Part shown: piece by piece, positions 9,114-19,229 of the stretch | How positions within the stretch are numbered: position 1 is the first letter of the stretch | Layout of the letters: each line of letters begins with the position of its first letter | NCBI GenBank assembly: GCA_958267355.1 | Contig: OY279575.1 | Span: 1,758,295-1,822,294, forward strand | Reading direction: 5' to 3' | DNA length: 64,000 nt | Source of the DNA: an uncultured Alphaproteobacteria bacterium | GTDB lineage: Bacteria; Pseudomonadota; Alphaproteobacteria; JALCBB01 | Made by a program: the position numbers and the translations under genes | The notes under the pieces: generated by a model | Told to the model about the DNA's origin: nothing | Seen by the model: only the letters and a program-made list of their open reading frames with translations | The model's database searches: none

Positions 9114-10604
9114 ATGACCCATCGCAAAAATACCCACGCCCGCCCGCCCGCCGCACCACGCAAACGCCGCGGCTTCTCAGCCATTGAGGCGATGGGTGCT
9201 GTCACCATCGGAGTCGTCTTTATCGCTCTCGCGGTTGGTATCCTCGCCGACCAGAGGGAACGCGAACGCGCCAGCGTACTCGCCGCCGATCTCGCCCTCG
9301 CCCTAGAAGGCGGCGAAAATTATCTGCGCGCCAACCTAGAAATCTTCTCACAAGACAATGACGAACTCGGCGTCGCCGCCACCCAAAGCCAACGCAAAGC
9401 ACAGGAAATCTGCCTGTCCGATATGGTGGCAGGGGATTACATCCCCAGCCATCTCTTCAGAGATAACGGCACAACAACGCCCTTCGGCTTGCGGATCCAT
9501 GTCTCCGCCGCCCGCCTAGAAAACGCCAACACCGAAAAACTCGGCAAACCAGACCTCTACGCAATCGTCGCCTTCACACAAGGCGATACAGCCCTATTCT
9601 CCAATAAAGCCCTCCTCACCACCGCCGAACACCTCGGCGACAAAGGCGGATACGGCACCGACACCAATAGCGGACGCTCCTTCATCGGGTGGGGAACAGG
9701 CTACGCCAACAACGCACTCAACCAAGACGCACCCACCACCACACCCGCCAACACAGGGCCGCTATGGCAATTCAGTGGCACCCCCGCCGCTTCTGACTTT
9801 CCTGTCGTCGCCACGCTCGGCTCCTGCGCAACCCTAACCCCAACCAACCCAACCATCAATATGACAGGACAAGCCGTCGCTGTCGCCTTCGTCACCGTCT
9901 ATCCGCCAAGCAAAATCGCCGCCCTAGAAATCTTAGAAAAACAAACCCTAACCACAGACGAATTCCGTGCCGCCGCCGCCGTAGAAGTCATACGCGAAAA
10001 TGTACGCGCATACCTCCCCACCGACGCCACAGACGAATATATCTCAGGCTGTGGCACCACCACAGTACGCATGAAACGCTTCGCAGGCGCAGACCCAGCC
10101 CAAACCTTCCAAACCTTCCCCGTCTTCTCAGGCGTGGGCAGTACTACCATCTCCAGAGATCTCAACGCCTCTGCAGTAGAGCATTTCTGCTACAACGGAA
10201 ACTATGTCGTCCCCAACCCGCATATGGCACGACTGCAAGTCAGCAACATCAACGCCCACACCATAGAAGCAATGCGACTCGTCATCACAGGCAATAACGG
10301 AATCCTAAAAGTCAAAGGCGACCTGAAAACACCCGCCCTGCGCATAGACGCAAACGAACTGCTCGTAGACAGAATGGTCTTCAATGAAGGCGTAAAATCA
10401 AGACGCTTCAACCAAAATGGCGCCTACGGCTTCGCACAACCCCTCAATAACCTCTACATCAATAACCGTCCGCGAGTCGCCTATGTCTGCGGCTATCGTA
10501 GCCCCACCGCCACCTCCGATGTCTCCGTTAGCAGCGGCTCTGCGCTGGGATTAGGTAGCGTGCCAACAGCCACAGCCTGCGCAAGCCCCTTAGGCTCCAA
10601 CTAA
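9114..10604 (+). CDS. PilV-like minor pilin/adhesin (shufflon N-terminal-constant-region-like)
   Basis: RRG|FSAIE motif; YL..N, GDYIP, TPFG and GGY motifs typical of PilV N-terminal regions. Confidence 0.7.
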   Translation: MTHRKNTHARPPAAPRKRRGFSAIEAMGAVTIGVVFIALAVGILADQRERERASVLAADLALALEGGENYLRANLEIFSQDNDELGVAATQSQRKAQEICLSDMVAGDYIPSHLFRDNGTTTPFGLRIHVSAARLENANTEKLGKPDLYAIVAFTQGDTALFSNKALLTTAEHLGDKGGYGTDTNSGRSFIGWGTGYANNALNQDAPTTTPANTGPLWQFSGTPAASDFPVVATLGSCATLTPTNPTINMTGQAVAVAFVTVYPPSKIAALEILEKQTLTTDEFRAAAAVEVIRENVRAYLPTDATDEYISGCGTTTVRMKRFAGADPAQTFQTFPVFSGVGSTTISRDLNASAVEHFCYNGNYVVPNPHMARLQVSNINAHTIEAMRLVITGNNGILKVKGDLKTPALRIDANELLVDRMVFNEGVKSRRFNQNGAYGFAQPLNNLYINNRPRVAYVCGYRSPTATSDVSVSSGSALGLGSVPTATACASPLGSN

Positions 10605-10609
10605 GCCCG

Positions 10610-10760
10610 CAAAAATAACACCGCACCACAACGCACAACGCCGCAACGCTACATCATCGCATCGCTACAACGCTACATCGCTACAACGCTACATCGCTAC
10701 ATCGCTACATCATCGCAACGCTACATCGCTACATCGCCGCAACAACGCCGCAACGCTAAA
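10610..10760. repeat. Degenerate tandem array, ~8 bp (acatcgct/acaacgct)
   Basis: Visible periodicity. Confidence 0.85.
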
Positions 10761-10788
10761 CCACCACCGCTAAACCAGAGATCCAGCC

Positions 10789-12603
10789 GTGTACCCCTTC
10801 ATCGTCTTCGCCATCTTCGCCTTCGCCATCGCCGCCGCATGGCACGACATGGCCTTTGACGCCGCCAGCGAAGCGCGACTCAATAAACAACAATCCCAAG
10901 CCCAAAACTTCGCAAACTTCGCCGTTGCACTACACGAAGCCGTAGCCACTCCGTTCTTTGACCACGACGAAGATGTAGCCACCGCCCCCGTACGCGCCTT
11001 CGCCTTCTCACGCGACTTCATCGCCCACAGCCAAGGCGGAAAAATCATCTACGACGAACGCAAACACGCCATCACCAACAAAAATATCGCCGACAATCCA
11101 ACCACCACAACCGCCTACACCGAATACGCAAACCTCTTTCAAGACTTTCTCCGCGACCTGCGGAAAAGCTCCGCCACCGCCGCGCAAGCCCCTCTCACCA
11201 ACACCGCCAGCCCCGCCTACCTAGCAGAAACCGACGAATTCGCCCGCAAAGCCCCCATAGAAGGACTCATACAAACCCTCTTCGGATGCTCGTCCTACGC
11301 AACCCCAGGACTCTCAATCTCAGCAGGAGACCCCGCCCAAAGCTCCAGCCAACTCTGCGGCTTCAACACAAAAGCCGCCGCCGCCGACACCAACACAGGC
11401 GGACCCGCCGCAGGACGATACGGATACGCAATCGCAACCCACATCCTGCCCTGGGCAGATGGCTTAACCATACGAGCCGTCGCAGGGGATCCGCCAACCC
11501 TCAGCTACACTCCAACCCCCACCCTAAGCGACCCCACCCAACTAACCGAATACAGCGCAAAAATCATCTCCCGATACGACCCCAAATCAGGAACCAACGC
11601 CGAACGCGCCACCGCCATAAATGACAAACTGCTAGAACTCTACCAAGAATACGAAACCGCCAACGCCCAACTACGCAAATTCAGAGCCGTACGCCGCGAC
11701 ACACTCTTCAACGCACGGCAAAAACTCCGCCTGCCCGAAGGCGTCTATGTACGCGCCTGGCTCGGATGCACCCTAGAAGGCGGAATCAACGCCGCCAACG
11801 CCCTCGCCACAGACCCCAACTTCAGCACCATACCCGACGATGTCTACTCCGCCTCAAGCTACGACGAAGGCGAAAGCGCAAACTATCGCCGCCGCGTACA
11901 ACGACTCTGCGGCGCAACCAAAACCACCAACCCCCTCGCCCTCATCGTCTGGCTAGAAACCGAAGACGGAAGCGGCGGACCCACAGGACAAATCATCGGA
12001 TTAGACGAAGGCGCAGTCCATGCCGAACTGCAAAAACTCCTGCCCGCCACAACCCGACTGCGCTTCGGCATCGGCAGAATGACCTCAGTCGTAGACCCCA
12101 ATATACCAACATCCACCACATTCCTCAGAACCGTAGCCGACCTAACCCCAGCCTCGCCAACAGGCGCCAACCGCAGAGGCATACACCAAACCGTAGACCA
12201 ACCCGCCGCCGGCTTAGGACGCGCCCAACTGCTCGGATTTCCCACACCCGACGGCACACCCAGAGGAATCCTGCCACGCCAAGACTTCGCCGCCATCGTA
12301 GAAACAGGACTCACCGCCAACCTGCCTCTGCGCTTCACATCCCGAGTCAGCGGCAGCAACACCTTCTATGACGGCAGACCCGAAGCCCCGCTCGCCTTCT
12401 ATTCAGTCTTCCCCATCGCCGAAGGCTTTGACGCCACCGACACCGCCTTCAGACCCTCACCAGACCCGCAAGTCGTCTCAAACGAAAGCGCATGCAGTGG
12501 CGGCGCAAGCGGCTGGATGTTCCAAGAAAACTCAGTCGCAACTAGACGACTCTGCATAGACCTATCAGCAGCTAGCTTCACAGATCTCCAAGACCAACCC
12601 TAA
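10789..12603 (+). CDS. Membrane-anchored protein, PilM (type IVb)-like N-terminus, 604 aa
   Basis: N-terminal hydrophobic stretch followed by 'QAQNFANFAVAL', reminiscent of R64-type PilM; last gene of the pilin cluster. Confidence 0.45.
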   Translation: MYPFIVFAIFAFAIAAAWHDMAFDAASEARLNKQQSQAQNFANFAVALHEAVATPFFDHDEDVATAPVRAFAFSRDFIAHSQGGKIIYDERKHAITNKNIADNPTTTTAYTEYANLFQDFLRDLRKSSATAAQAPLTNTASPAYLAETDEFARKAPIEGLIQTLFGCSSYATPGLSISAGDPAQSSSQLCGFNTKAAAADTNTGGPAAGRYGYAIATHILPWADGLTIRAVAGDPPTLSYTPTPTLSDPTQLTEYSAKIISRYDPKSGTNAERATAINDKLLELYQEYETANAQLRKFRAVRRDTLFNARQKLRLPEGVYVRAWLGCTLEGGINAANALATDPNFSTIPDDVYSASSYDEGESANYRRRVQRLCGATKTTNPLALIVWLETEDGSGGPTGQIIGLDEGAVHAELQKLLPATTRLRFGIGRMTSVVDPNIPTSTTFLRTVADLTPASPTGANRRGIHQTVDQPAAGLGRAQLLGFPTPDGTPRGILPRQDFAAIVETGLTANLPLRFTSRVSGSNTFYDGRPEAPLAFYSVFPIAEGFDATDTAFRPSPDPQVVSNESACSGGASGWMFQENSVATRRLCIDLSAASFTDLQDQP

Positions 12604-12779
12604 CCGCACAGGTTCATCCGTCAGGTCGTGGGGTGTAGGTCGTAAGTTGTGGATTGTAACTTGTAATTCGCTAAACCGCCCAAGGCAAGTCAGCTAGTCG
12701 CAATCCGCCAAACCGCCCGATGCAAGTCAGCTAGCCGCACACCCCAAGTTGTAAGTCTAAAGTTGTAAGTCGTAACGAA

Positions 12780-14879
12780 GTGACGAACTTCTCCTTCGTT
12801 TTTGCGCCGCTCCTGCCCGTCGCGCTCATCGCGACACTCGCCGCCGTCGCCCTCATCGCGCTCCTGCCCGCAAGCCTCGCCCGCGCCCGCGGCACCAGCC
12901 TGCGACTCGCCTTCTTCGCCCTTCTGCTCTTCGCTCTGCTCGGGCCCACCCTAGAACAACAAAGTCAGGAAACCCTGCCCACCATCGCACTCGCCATCTT
13001 AGACCGCTCCGCCAGCCAAACCATCGGCGCACGCGAAGCCCAAACCAATCAAGCCCTCGCCGCACTCACCTCCGCCGCCGAGCGAATCAACGCCGAGCTC
13101 ATCATCGCCGAAACCCCACGCTCAGCCGAATCAACCCAACTCCTTTCAACCCTCGCCAGCGAACTACCACGACTCAACCCACAACAACTCGGCGCAGTCT
13201 TCTTAATCAGCGACGGACAAGCCCACGACACAGAAATCAAACCCAACCTTGCCGCCCCCGTCCATCTGCTGCTCACAGGCTCAGCACAAGACCAAGACCG
13301 CTCTCTAGAACTCATACAAACCCCACGTTTCGGACTCCTCGCCCGCGAAACCCAAGTCAAAGTCTCAGTACAAAGCCGCGGTAAAGGCGAAAGCTCCGTG
13401 CCCGTCTCGCTCAAACTCAACGGCGAAGTCTTGCAAAGGCTTCAACTCTCCGCCAACCAAGAACACACGCTATCGTTCAAACTCACACGCCGCGGCGAAA
13501 ACTTCGTAGAGCTAGAAACGCCAAGCTCCGCCGATGAAATGACAGAAGCCAACAACCAAGTCGGCTTCGTCATCAACGGCATTCGCGACCGCCTGCGCGT
13601 GCTCATCATCTCAGGACACCCCCACGCAGGACAACGCGCCTGGCGCGATCTGCTCAAATCAGATCCCGCCGTAGATCTGGTGCACTTTAATATTTTGCGC
13701 GAACGCGAAGACGATGTACGCGCCAATGTTGAAGAACTGTCGCTTATTGCTTTTCCTGTTGATCAACTCTTCTTGGAAGACTTAGATGGTTTTGACCTCA
13801 TCATCTTTGATAGATACTTCTTACGCGGACATCTACGCGCCCCGCACCTAGATGCTGTCGCCAACTTTGTTCTCGCGGGCGGGGCGTTGCTCGCGGTCGC
13901 GGGCGAAGAATTTTCAGGGCCTGGCACTTTGTACAACGGAGTCTTCACCTCTGTCTTAGCCGCGCAACCTGTCGGCGAAATTCGCCGTGCCGCCTTTCGT
14001 CCGACCCGAACCGAGCTGGGCTTGCGCCATCCCGTCACCGCCAAGCTCAACGAAACCGCGAACCGCCCGTGGGGGCAGTGGTACCGCCGCAATCGCGTCC
14101 TGCCCGCCCAAAACGATAGCCCCGTGCTCCTCGCCGCCGAAAACGAACCCCTGCTCATACTCGCCCGAACAGGGCAGGGACGCTCGGCACTTCTCGCCAG
14201 CGACCAAATCTGGCTCTGGGCCCGCGGCCACGACGGCGGCGGACCCGAAGCCGACCTGCTACGGCGACTCGTCCATTGGCTCATGCGCGAACCCGAGCTG
14301 GAAGAAGAACGACTCCTGCTCAAAGCCGAAGACAACCAAATCACCGTAGAACGCCGCTCTTTATATCCCGTAGAAGGCAATGCCGCTGTCGTGCAACTCA
14401 CCGCTCCCAACGGCACGCCGCAAGAAATCACCCTACAAACCGTAGAAGACCAAACAGGCGGACGCGCCATCGCCAAGCTCAACAACGCCGCCGAAGGCTT
14501 CTGGCGTGCCACCCAAACCATCACCCACACAGCAGGGCAGGGCAACGCCAACCAAAAAGAAATACTAGAAGCCTTCGCACTCGTCGGACGAAACCTACAA
14601 CGCGAATTCGCCACGCCCTTTTCTACGCCCGAACTTTTGCGTCCGTTGGTTAATCAAACAGGCGGCTCAGTACTACGGCTAGAAGAACATCCAGAACCAC
14701 GCCTGCGGCGTATCCGTAGCCAAACTTCAGCAGGCGGACGCGGCGATTGGCTCGCAGTTTTAGATAAACGCGCCACCCGAACCCTAAATACCGAAGTCAT
14801 CCCGCTTCTGCCCGCCCCGCTGGTCGCCGCTCTTCTGCTGGCTCTTCTGCTCTTCGCTTGGCGGCGGGAATCACGCTAA
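12780..14879 (+). CDS. Conserved alphaproteobacterial membrane protein with vWA-like and glutamine-amidotransferase-like domains
   Basis: DRSASQ, SDGQAHD, RLRVLIISG.PH.G.R.WRDLLKSDPAVDLVHF.ILR, ELSLIAFP and C-terminal WRRE motifs. Confidence 0.8.
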   Translation: MTNFSFVFAPLLPVALIATLAAVALIALLPASLARARGTSLRLAFFALLLFALLGPTLEQQSQETLPTIALAILDRSASQTIGAREAQTNQALAALTSAAERINAELIIAETPRSAESTQLLSTLASELPRLNPQQLGAVFLISDGQAHDTEIKPNLAAPVHLLLTGSAQDQDRSLELIQTPRFGLLARETQVKVSVQSRGKGESSVPVSLKLNGEVLQRLQLSANQEHTLSFKLTRRGENFVELETPSSADEMTEANNQVGFVINGIRDRLRVLIISGHPHAGQRAWRDLLKSDPAVDLVHFNILREREDDVRANVEELSLIAFPVDQLFLEDLDGFDLIIFDRYFLRGHLRAPHLDAVANFVLAGGALLAVAGEEFSGPGTLYNGVFTSVLAAQPVGEIRRAAFRPTRTELGLRHPVTAKLNETANRPWGQWYRRNRVLPAQNDSPVLLAAENEPLLILARTGQGRSALLASDQIWLWARGHDGGGPEADLLRRLVHWLMREPELEEERLLLKAEDNQITVERRSLYPVEGNAAVVQLTAPNGTPQEITLQTVEDQTGGRAIAKLNNAAEGFWRATQTITHTAGQGNANQKEILEAFALVGRNLQREFATPFSTPELLRPLVNQTGGSVLRLEEHPEPRLRRIRSQTSAGGRGDWLAVLDKRATRTLNTEVIPLLPAPLVAALLLALLLFAWRRESR

Positions 14880-14949
14880 CACACACAAAACATCTAAAAC
14901 ACTAAAACATCTAGAACACTAAAACGCCTAACAACGATGGCGGCAAGGC

Positions 14950-15549
14950 TCACGCATCATCCTTACGATGCCACGGCACAGACAAAAACGGAATCCCATC
15001 TTCCTGCAGTTCGCGCCGCTCTTCTTCGGTGCTCTCACCGTAAATCCCTCGGGTTGCATCTTCGTCTGCCGCGTCTCCTAGCTCTTCTCGCTGCTCTTCG
15101 CGCTCGTTGTGGCGACGACGGGCTTCTTCAGCAAACCGCTTGCCAACATAGTCGCACTCGCTCTCCACATGGCGGCGTAAAGTCTGCAGAAATCGACGGG
15201 CTTGCTGCTCCGCACTCGGAGCCGCTATCTCACGCCGCCGCAGTGCCACAGAGTCAGACCCTGTGGCTTCGTTTGCGCCCGCGTCTGTGTTTGCCTCTGT
15301 GCCCGCGTCTGTGTTTGCTTCCGCACCCGAAGCCTGTGCATCGCTCGGCGAAGCCCCAGACTTCATCGCCCGCCGCGAAGCACTCTTGGCAGAAACCGAT
15401 GGCGCCATCAACGCCAAGTCAATCTGCTTGCTCTCACAAACAGGACAGGTCAAGCGGCCCAGACGTTTCTCGCGAGCAAAGCCCGCCGAGCCACGGAACC
15501 ATCCGTCAAAAGTGTGCCCTTCAGCACAGCGCAGAGAGTAGTGAATCAT
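14950..15549 (-). CDS. DUF1178 family protein
   Basis: MIHYSLRC..GH.FDGWF, CPVC, LMAP, YVG.RFAEEAR and RGIYGE motifs. Confidence 0.9.
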   Translation of the reverse strand: MIHYSLRCAEGHTFDGWFRGSAGFAREKRLGRLTCPVCESKQIDLALMAPSVSAKSASRRAMKSGASPSDAQASGAEANTDAGTEANTDAGANEATGSDSVALRRREIAAPSAEQQARRFLQTLRRHVESECDYVGKRFAEEARRRHNEREEQREELGDAADEDATRGIYGESTEEERRELQEDGIPFLSVPWHRKDDA

Positions 15550-15619
15550 CGCCCAAAAAAAGCCCGTCAAAAGAAGCTTGTCATAAGAAGTCTGTCAAGG
15601 GAAGTCGGGCGCAAAAACT

Positions 15620-15740
15620 CCCAGCAGGAAACGCGTTCAGGAAACACACCCAAGAAATACATCTAGGAAACGCGCCCAGGAAATACACCCAAGGAACGAG
15701 AAATACGCCCAGGAAATACATCCAAGAAACGCACCGCGCA
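15620..15740. repeat. Degenerate tandem array, ~13 bp (ca[ag]gaaatacacc)
   Basis: Visible periodicity. Confidence 0.75.
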
Positions 15741-15762
15741 AACCCCGCCCTTTCATTATATA

Positions 15763-17205
15763 GTGATGCCACCCACAGGAAACAAGACCATGCCACAGAA
15801 AAAACCAAAAACCCCGCCCAAAGCCCCGTCCAGTAAGACAGAGGCTAGGCAAAAAACCCCACAAAGCCACAACAAAGAAAACCCGCGCCTCGCCAAGCAG
15901 GTCAAGCGCCATCTCCGCGTCAGTAGCAGCACCAGTAGCCTCGCCATCAAACTCCTGCTCTCGCGACTCACAGGAGCCGAAACCCAAACCAACGCCAACG
16001 AAGTCAAACGAGTACTCGGCGGACTCAAAGGCCCCCTAATGAAAATCGCACAACTCTTAGCAACCATACCCGACGCCCTGCCTCCCGAATATGTACAAGC
16101 CTTGCAAGAGTTGCAGTCAAACGCTCCGCCCATGGGCAAGTGGTTCGTCGCCCGCCGCATGCAGAGCGAACTCGGAGCCAACTGGCAAAACCAATTTGAT
16201 AGCTTCGATCTACAACCCGCCCACGCCGCTTCCTTAGGACAAGTGCATTTCGCCGAACGCAACGGCACAGCCTTGGCAGTCAAGTTGCAATATCCAGATA
16301 TGGAGTCAGCAATCACCGCCGACCTAGCACAGATGAAACTCGCACTCGCCGCATACCACCGCCTAGACGCAACCATAGACGCACGCCGTATGCTAAACGA
16401 ACTCGCCGAACGCCTCGCCGAAGAACTAGACTACCAACGCGAAGCCACACACCAAAAACTCTTCGCCTCCATTCTGGCACAAGAAAACAAAATCGCCGTG
16501 CCACATCCTGTGGTAGAGCTTTCCACCAAACGCCTGCTCACCATGAACCGCCTAACAGGCGCACCACTCGTCAAATGGCTAGAAACCAAACCCAGCCAAA
16601 CCGCCCGCAACCAACTCGCACAACTCCTTCTACAAGCCTGGTACCTGCCCTTCTATCGCCACGGAGTCCTGCACGGAGACCCGCATCTCGGCAACTACAC
16701 AGTCGCAGGAACAGCACAAAATCCAAGCCTAAACCTTTTAGACTTCGGCTGTGTACGAGTCTTCCCACAGCAGTTCGTACAAGGCGTGCTAGACCTATAC
16801 ATCGCCACCCGCGACAAAAATCAAGACCTCGCACTACACGCCTACCACGCCTGGGGCTTTGAAGACCTAACAAAACGACGCGACCTGCTCGCCGCACTCA
16901 ACCTATGGGCAGAGTTCATCTACGCACCACAACTAGAAGACAAAGTTCAGCCCATCGTCCAAGGCGGAGTCGCCGCCGAAGGCAGCACCGTCGCCGCCCA
17001 AGTCTATCAAGCCATCAAAGCCGCAGGCGGAGTCGCTCCGCCAGGGGAGTTCGTGCTTATGGATCGCTCCGCCGTTGGCTTGGCCTCTGTCTTCAGCCGC
17101 CTCGGCGCAGAACTCAACTGGTGCCAAGAACTAGGCAAACTAGCAGAAGAATTCATCCCCCAAAACTTCACCAAACGACAAAACGAAGTCCTAACAATAC
17201 CCTGA
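15763..17205 (+). CDS. ABC1/AarF/UbiB family atypical kinase
   Basis: LKGPLMKIAQ, AASLGQVH, VKLQYP, EELDY, HGDPHLGN and LLDFG motifs. Confidence 0.92.
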   Translation: MMPPTGNKTMPQKKPKTPPKAPSSKTEARQKTPQSHNKENPRLAKQVKRHLRVSSSTSSLAIKLLLSRLTGAETQTNANEVKRVLGGLKGPLMKIAQLLATIPDALPPEYVQALQELQSNAPPMGKWFVARRMQSELGANWQNQFDSFDLQPAHAASLGQVHFAERNGTALAVKLQYPDMESAITADLAQMKLALAAYHRLDATIDARRMLNELAERLAEELDYQREATHQKLFASILAQENKIAVPHPVVELSTKRLLTMNRLTGAPLVKWLETKPSQTARNQLAQLLLQAWYLPFYRHGVLHGDPHLGNYTVAGTAQNPSLNLLDFGCVRVFPQQFVQGVLDLYIATRDKNQDLALHAYHAWGFEDLTKRRDLLAALNLWAEFIYAPQLEDKVQPIVQGGVAAEGSTVAAQVYQAIKAAGGVAPPGEFVLMDRSAVGLASVFSRLGAELNWCQELGKLAEEFIPQNFTKRQNEVLTIP

Positions 17206-17775
17206 TTTCTAAGCCGCAGAAAAATGGGTTGGGGTTAGTCTTTCTCTCACTGTTTAAGTTACGGCGGCTTACGCCGCCTAGTGCCGTGAAGCGGTGCGCT
17301 ACGCGCAAGACGCTTCACGGCGTCCGCTTCGCTCCGTTCGCTGACGCTCCACTCCGCTCGCGTTCGTGCCCTACGGGCACTCGGTGGGTCTTCATCTCCA
17401 TAACGGGAGCCAGTTAATCCCCCTACTCTAGGGAAATTGGCTCAATTAACCCGTTACTAAAACTATGGGGCGTGGCGGTTGGAGGAAGAAACAAGGCTTG
17501 GCACGAATGCCGCACCGCAAGGTGCCCGCTCCGCTCGCGTTCGTGCCCTACGGGCACTCGGTGGGTCTTCGTCTCCATAACGGGAGCCAGTTAATCCCCC
17601 TACTCTAGGGAAATTGGCTCAATTAGCCCTTCCATTGAAACTATGGGGCGTGGCGGTTGGAGGAAGCAACAAGGGCTGGCACGAATGCCGCACCGCAAGG
17701 TGCTTGGCACGAATGCCGCACCGCAAGGTGCTTGGCACGAATGCCGCACCGCAAGGTGCTCCCCCCGTAAGGTGC
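17200..17775 (+). repeat. Copy of the dispersed modular hairpin element, with an internal ~177-bp duplication and a 27-bp triple repeat
   Basis: Starts ta-ccctgatttctaagccg. ~17354-17530 repeats at ~17531-17705. ggcacgaatgccgcaccgcaagg occurs 4 times. Confidence 0.8.
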
Positions 17776-17781
17776 CCAGCA

Positions 17782-17810
17782 TTGACGCTACATCGCAAGG
17801 CGGCTAGGAT
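17782..17810 (+). promoter_or_regulatory. Putative sigma70 promoter upstream of trcR
   Basis: TTGACG-17 bp-TAGGAT. Confidence 0.5.
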
Positions 17811-17889
17811 ATAGGCCTGCGCAACAATTTTTCTTGTTACGTGGGCGGAAGGGGAAAAAAGCCTTTTTCGCGAAGTGGGAAGGTGTATG

Positions 17890-18125
17890 CCAAACAGAAA
17901 CCCACCAACAAAACACACCAACCAAAACACACGAGCAAAAACACACCTGCAGAACACACCAACCAAACCCTACCCGCAAAAACCTACCCGCAAAAACACA
18001 CGAGCAAAAACGCACCCGCGAAAGCACCAGTAAAAACGCACTGCAGAAAAACACCAGCGGAAATGCATCTGTAAAAAATTCTGGCAAAAACGCACCAGCA
18101 GAAACGCAGCTGTAAAACACAGAAG
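17890..18125. repeat. Degenerate A/C-rich tandem array, ~13-14 bp (aaaacacac...)
   Basis: Visible periodicity. Confidence 0.75.
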
Positions 18126-18180
18126 CAAAAGCGCGTAGGTGAAAGTGTCAGTGCACATCACACCATCAGGAGAAATCGCT

Positions 18181-19134
18181 ATGGCTCGTCCGCGTAAGAC
18201 ACCCCCTAAGGAATATCCGTTGATGCCGCGCGCCACCGCCGTCTGGCTCGTCGAAAATACCGCCCTAACCTTCGGACAAATCTCCGACTTCTGCGGACTC
18301 CATCCGCTCGAAGTACAGGGCATCGCCGACGGCGAAGTCGCCATCGGCGTGCGCGGCGCAGACCCCATCGCCAACCATCAGCTCACACGAGCCGAAATCA
18401 CTCTCGGTGAAGAAGACTCCGCGCACGAACTGCATCTTGCTGAGCGAAGAGTTTCAGCTCCGAACCGTAAAACAATCGGACCGCGCTACACCCCCATATC
18501 AAAACGACAAGACAAACCAGACGCAATCGTTTGGCTACTACGCAATCATCCAGACCTGAAAGACGCACAGATCGCTCGACTCATCGGCACCACAAAAAAT
18601 ACCATCCAAGCCATTCGCGACCGCCGCCATTGGAATAGCGCCAATCTGCGTCCGCGTGACCCCGTGCTGATGGAGCTTTGCACTTCCGAAAACCTGTCGC
18701 ACGAAGCCGAACGCGCCAAACGTGCCCGCGAGCGCGCCGAAAAACGCGCCGCCAAAGAAGCCAAGATTAAAGGTATCGCCACAACTTCCGAAGTCGCGGA
18801 TAAGGCGGCGGGCGATGCTGTGGGTATTTCCGCAGGGGTGGCTACGGAGTCGGCGGCTATAAGTTCAAGTGCGGCTATGGAGTTTTCTCTCGCCACAGCG
18901 GCAGAAGCAGCTTTTACGCCAACAACAACGGCAGAAACTACGCCAACAGGAGAAGATATGTCTGCAAAGACTCCGCAAGCGGAAAGCCCGCAGGAAGAAC
19001 AGAAAAGCCAAGCCCCCGATGACGCTTCTGCCGACTCTTCTGCTAACGCTTCTGCTGACTCTTCTGCTTCTGAAACTACGCCCGAAGATGACTCTCCCTT
19101 CGCCGCCTTGCGGGGGTTTAAGCTAGACTCCTAA
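18181..19134 (+). CDS. trcR: DUF1013 family cell-cycle transcription regulator TrcR, with low-complexity C-terminal tail
   Basis: PLMPRATAVWLVENTALTFGQI..FCGLHPLEV.GIADG and RYTP.SKRQDKPDAI.W motifs. Confidence 0.88.
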   Translation: MARPRKTPPKEYPLMPRATAVWLVENTALTFGQISDFCGLHPLEVQGIADGEVAIGVRGADPIANHQLTRAEITLGEEDSAHELHLAERRVSAPNRKTIGPRYTPISKRQDKPDAIVWLLRNHPDLKDAQIARLIGTTKNTIQAIRDRRHWNSANLRPRDPVLMELCTSENLSHEAERAKRARERAEKRAAKEAKIKGIATTSEVADKAAGDAVGISAGVATESAAISSSAAMEFSLATAAEAAFTPTTTAETTPTGEDMSAKTPQAESPQEEQKSQAPDDASADSSANASADSSASETTPEDDSPFAALRGFKLDS

Positions 19135-19176
19135 CAAGCCGCGTTGCAACGAACAGGCTTGTCTTGTCTCCGCACT

Positions 19177-19208
19177 AAAAAAGCCCCCACAAATCCGTGG
19201 GGGCTTTT
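19177..19208. terminator. Bidirectional rho-independent terminator between convergent trcR and rpsU
   Basis: aaaaaa-gcccccac-loop-gtgggggc-tttt. Confidence 0.8.
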
Positions 19209-19229
19209 CTTCTCACAAGAACAACACAA

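Noticed and set aside
4475..12603. Shufflon or diversity-generating retroelement acting on the pilins
   Set aside because: No recombinase, reverse transcriptase, inverted cassettes or template/variable repeat pair seen in the window.
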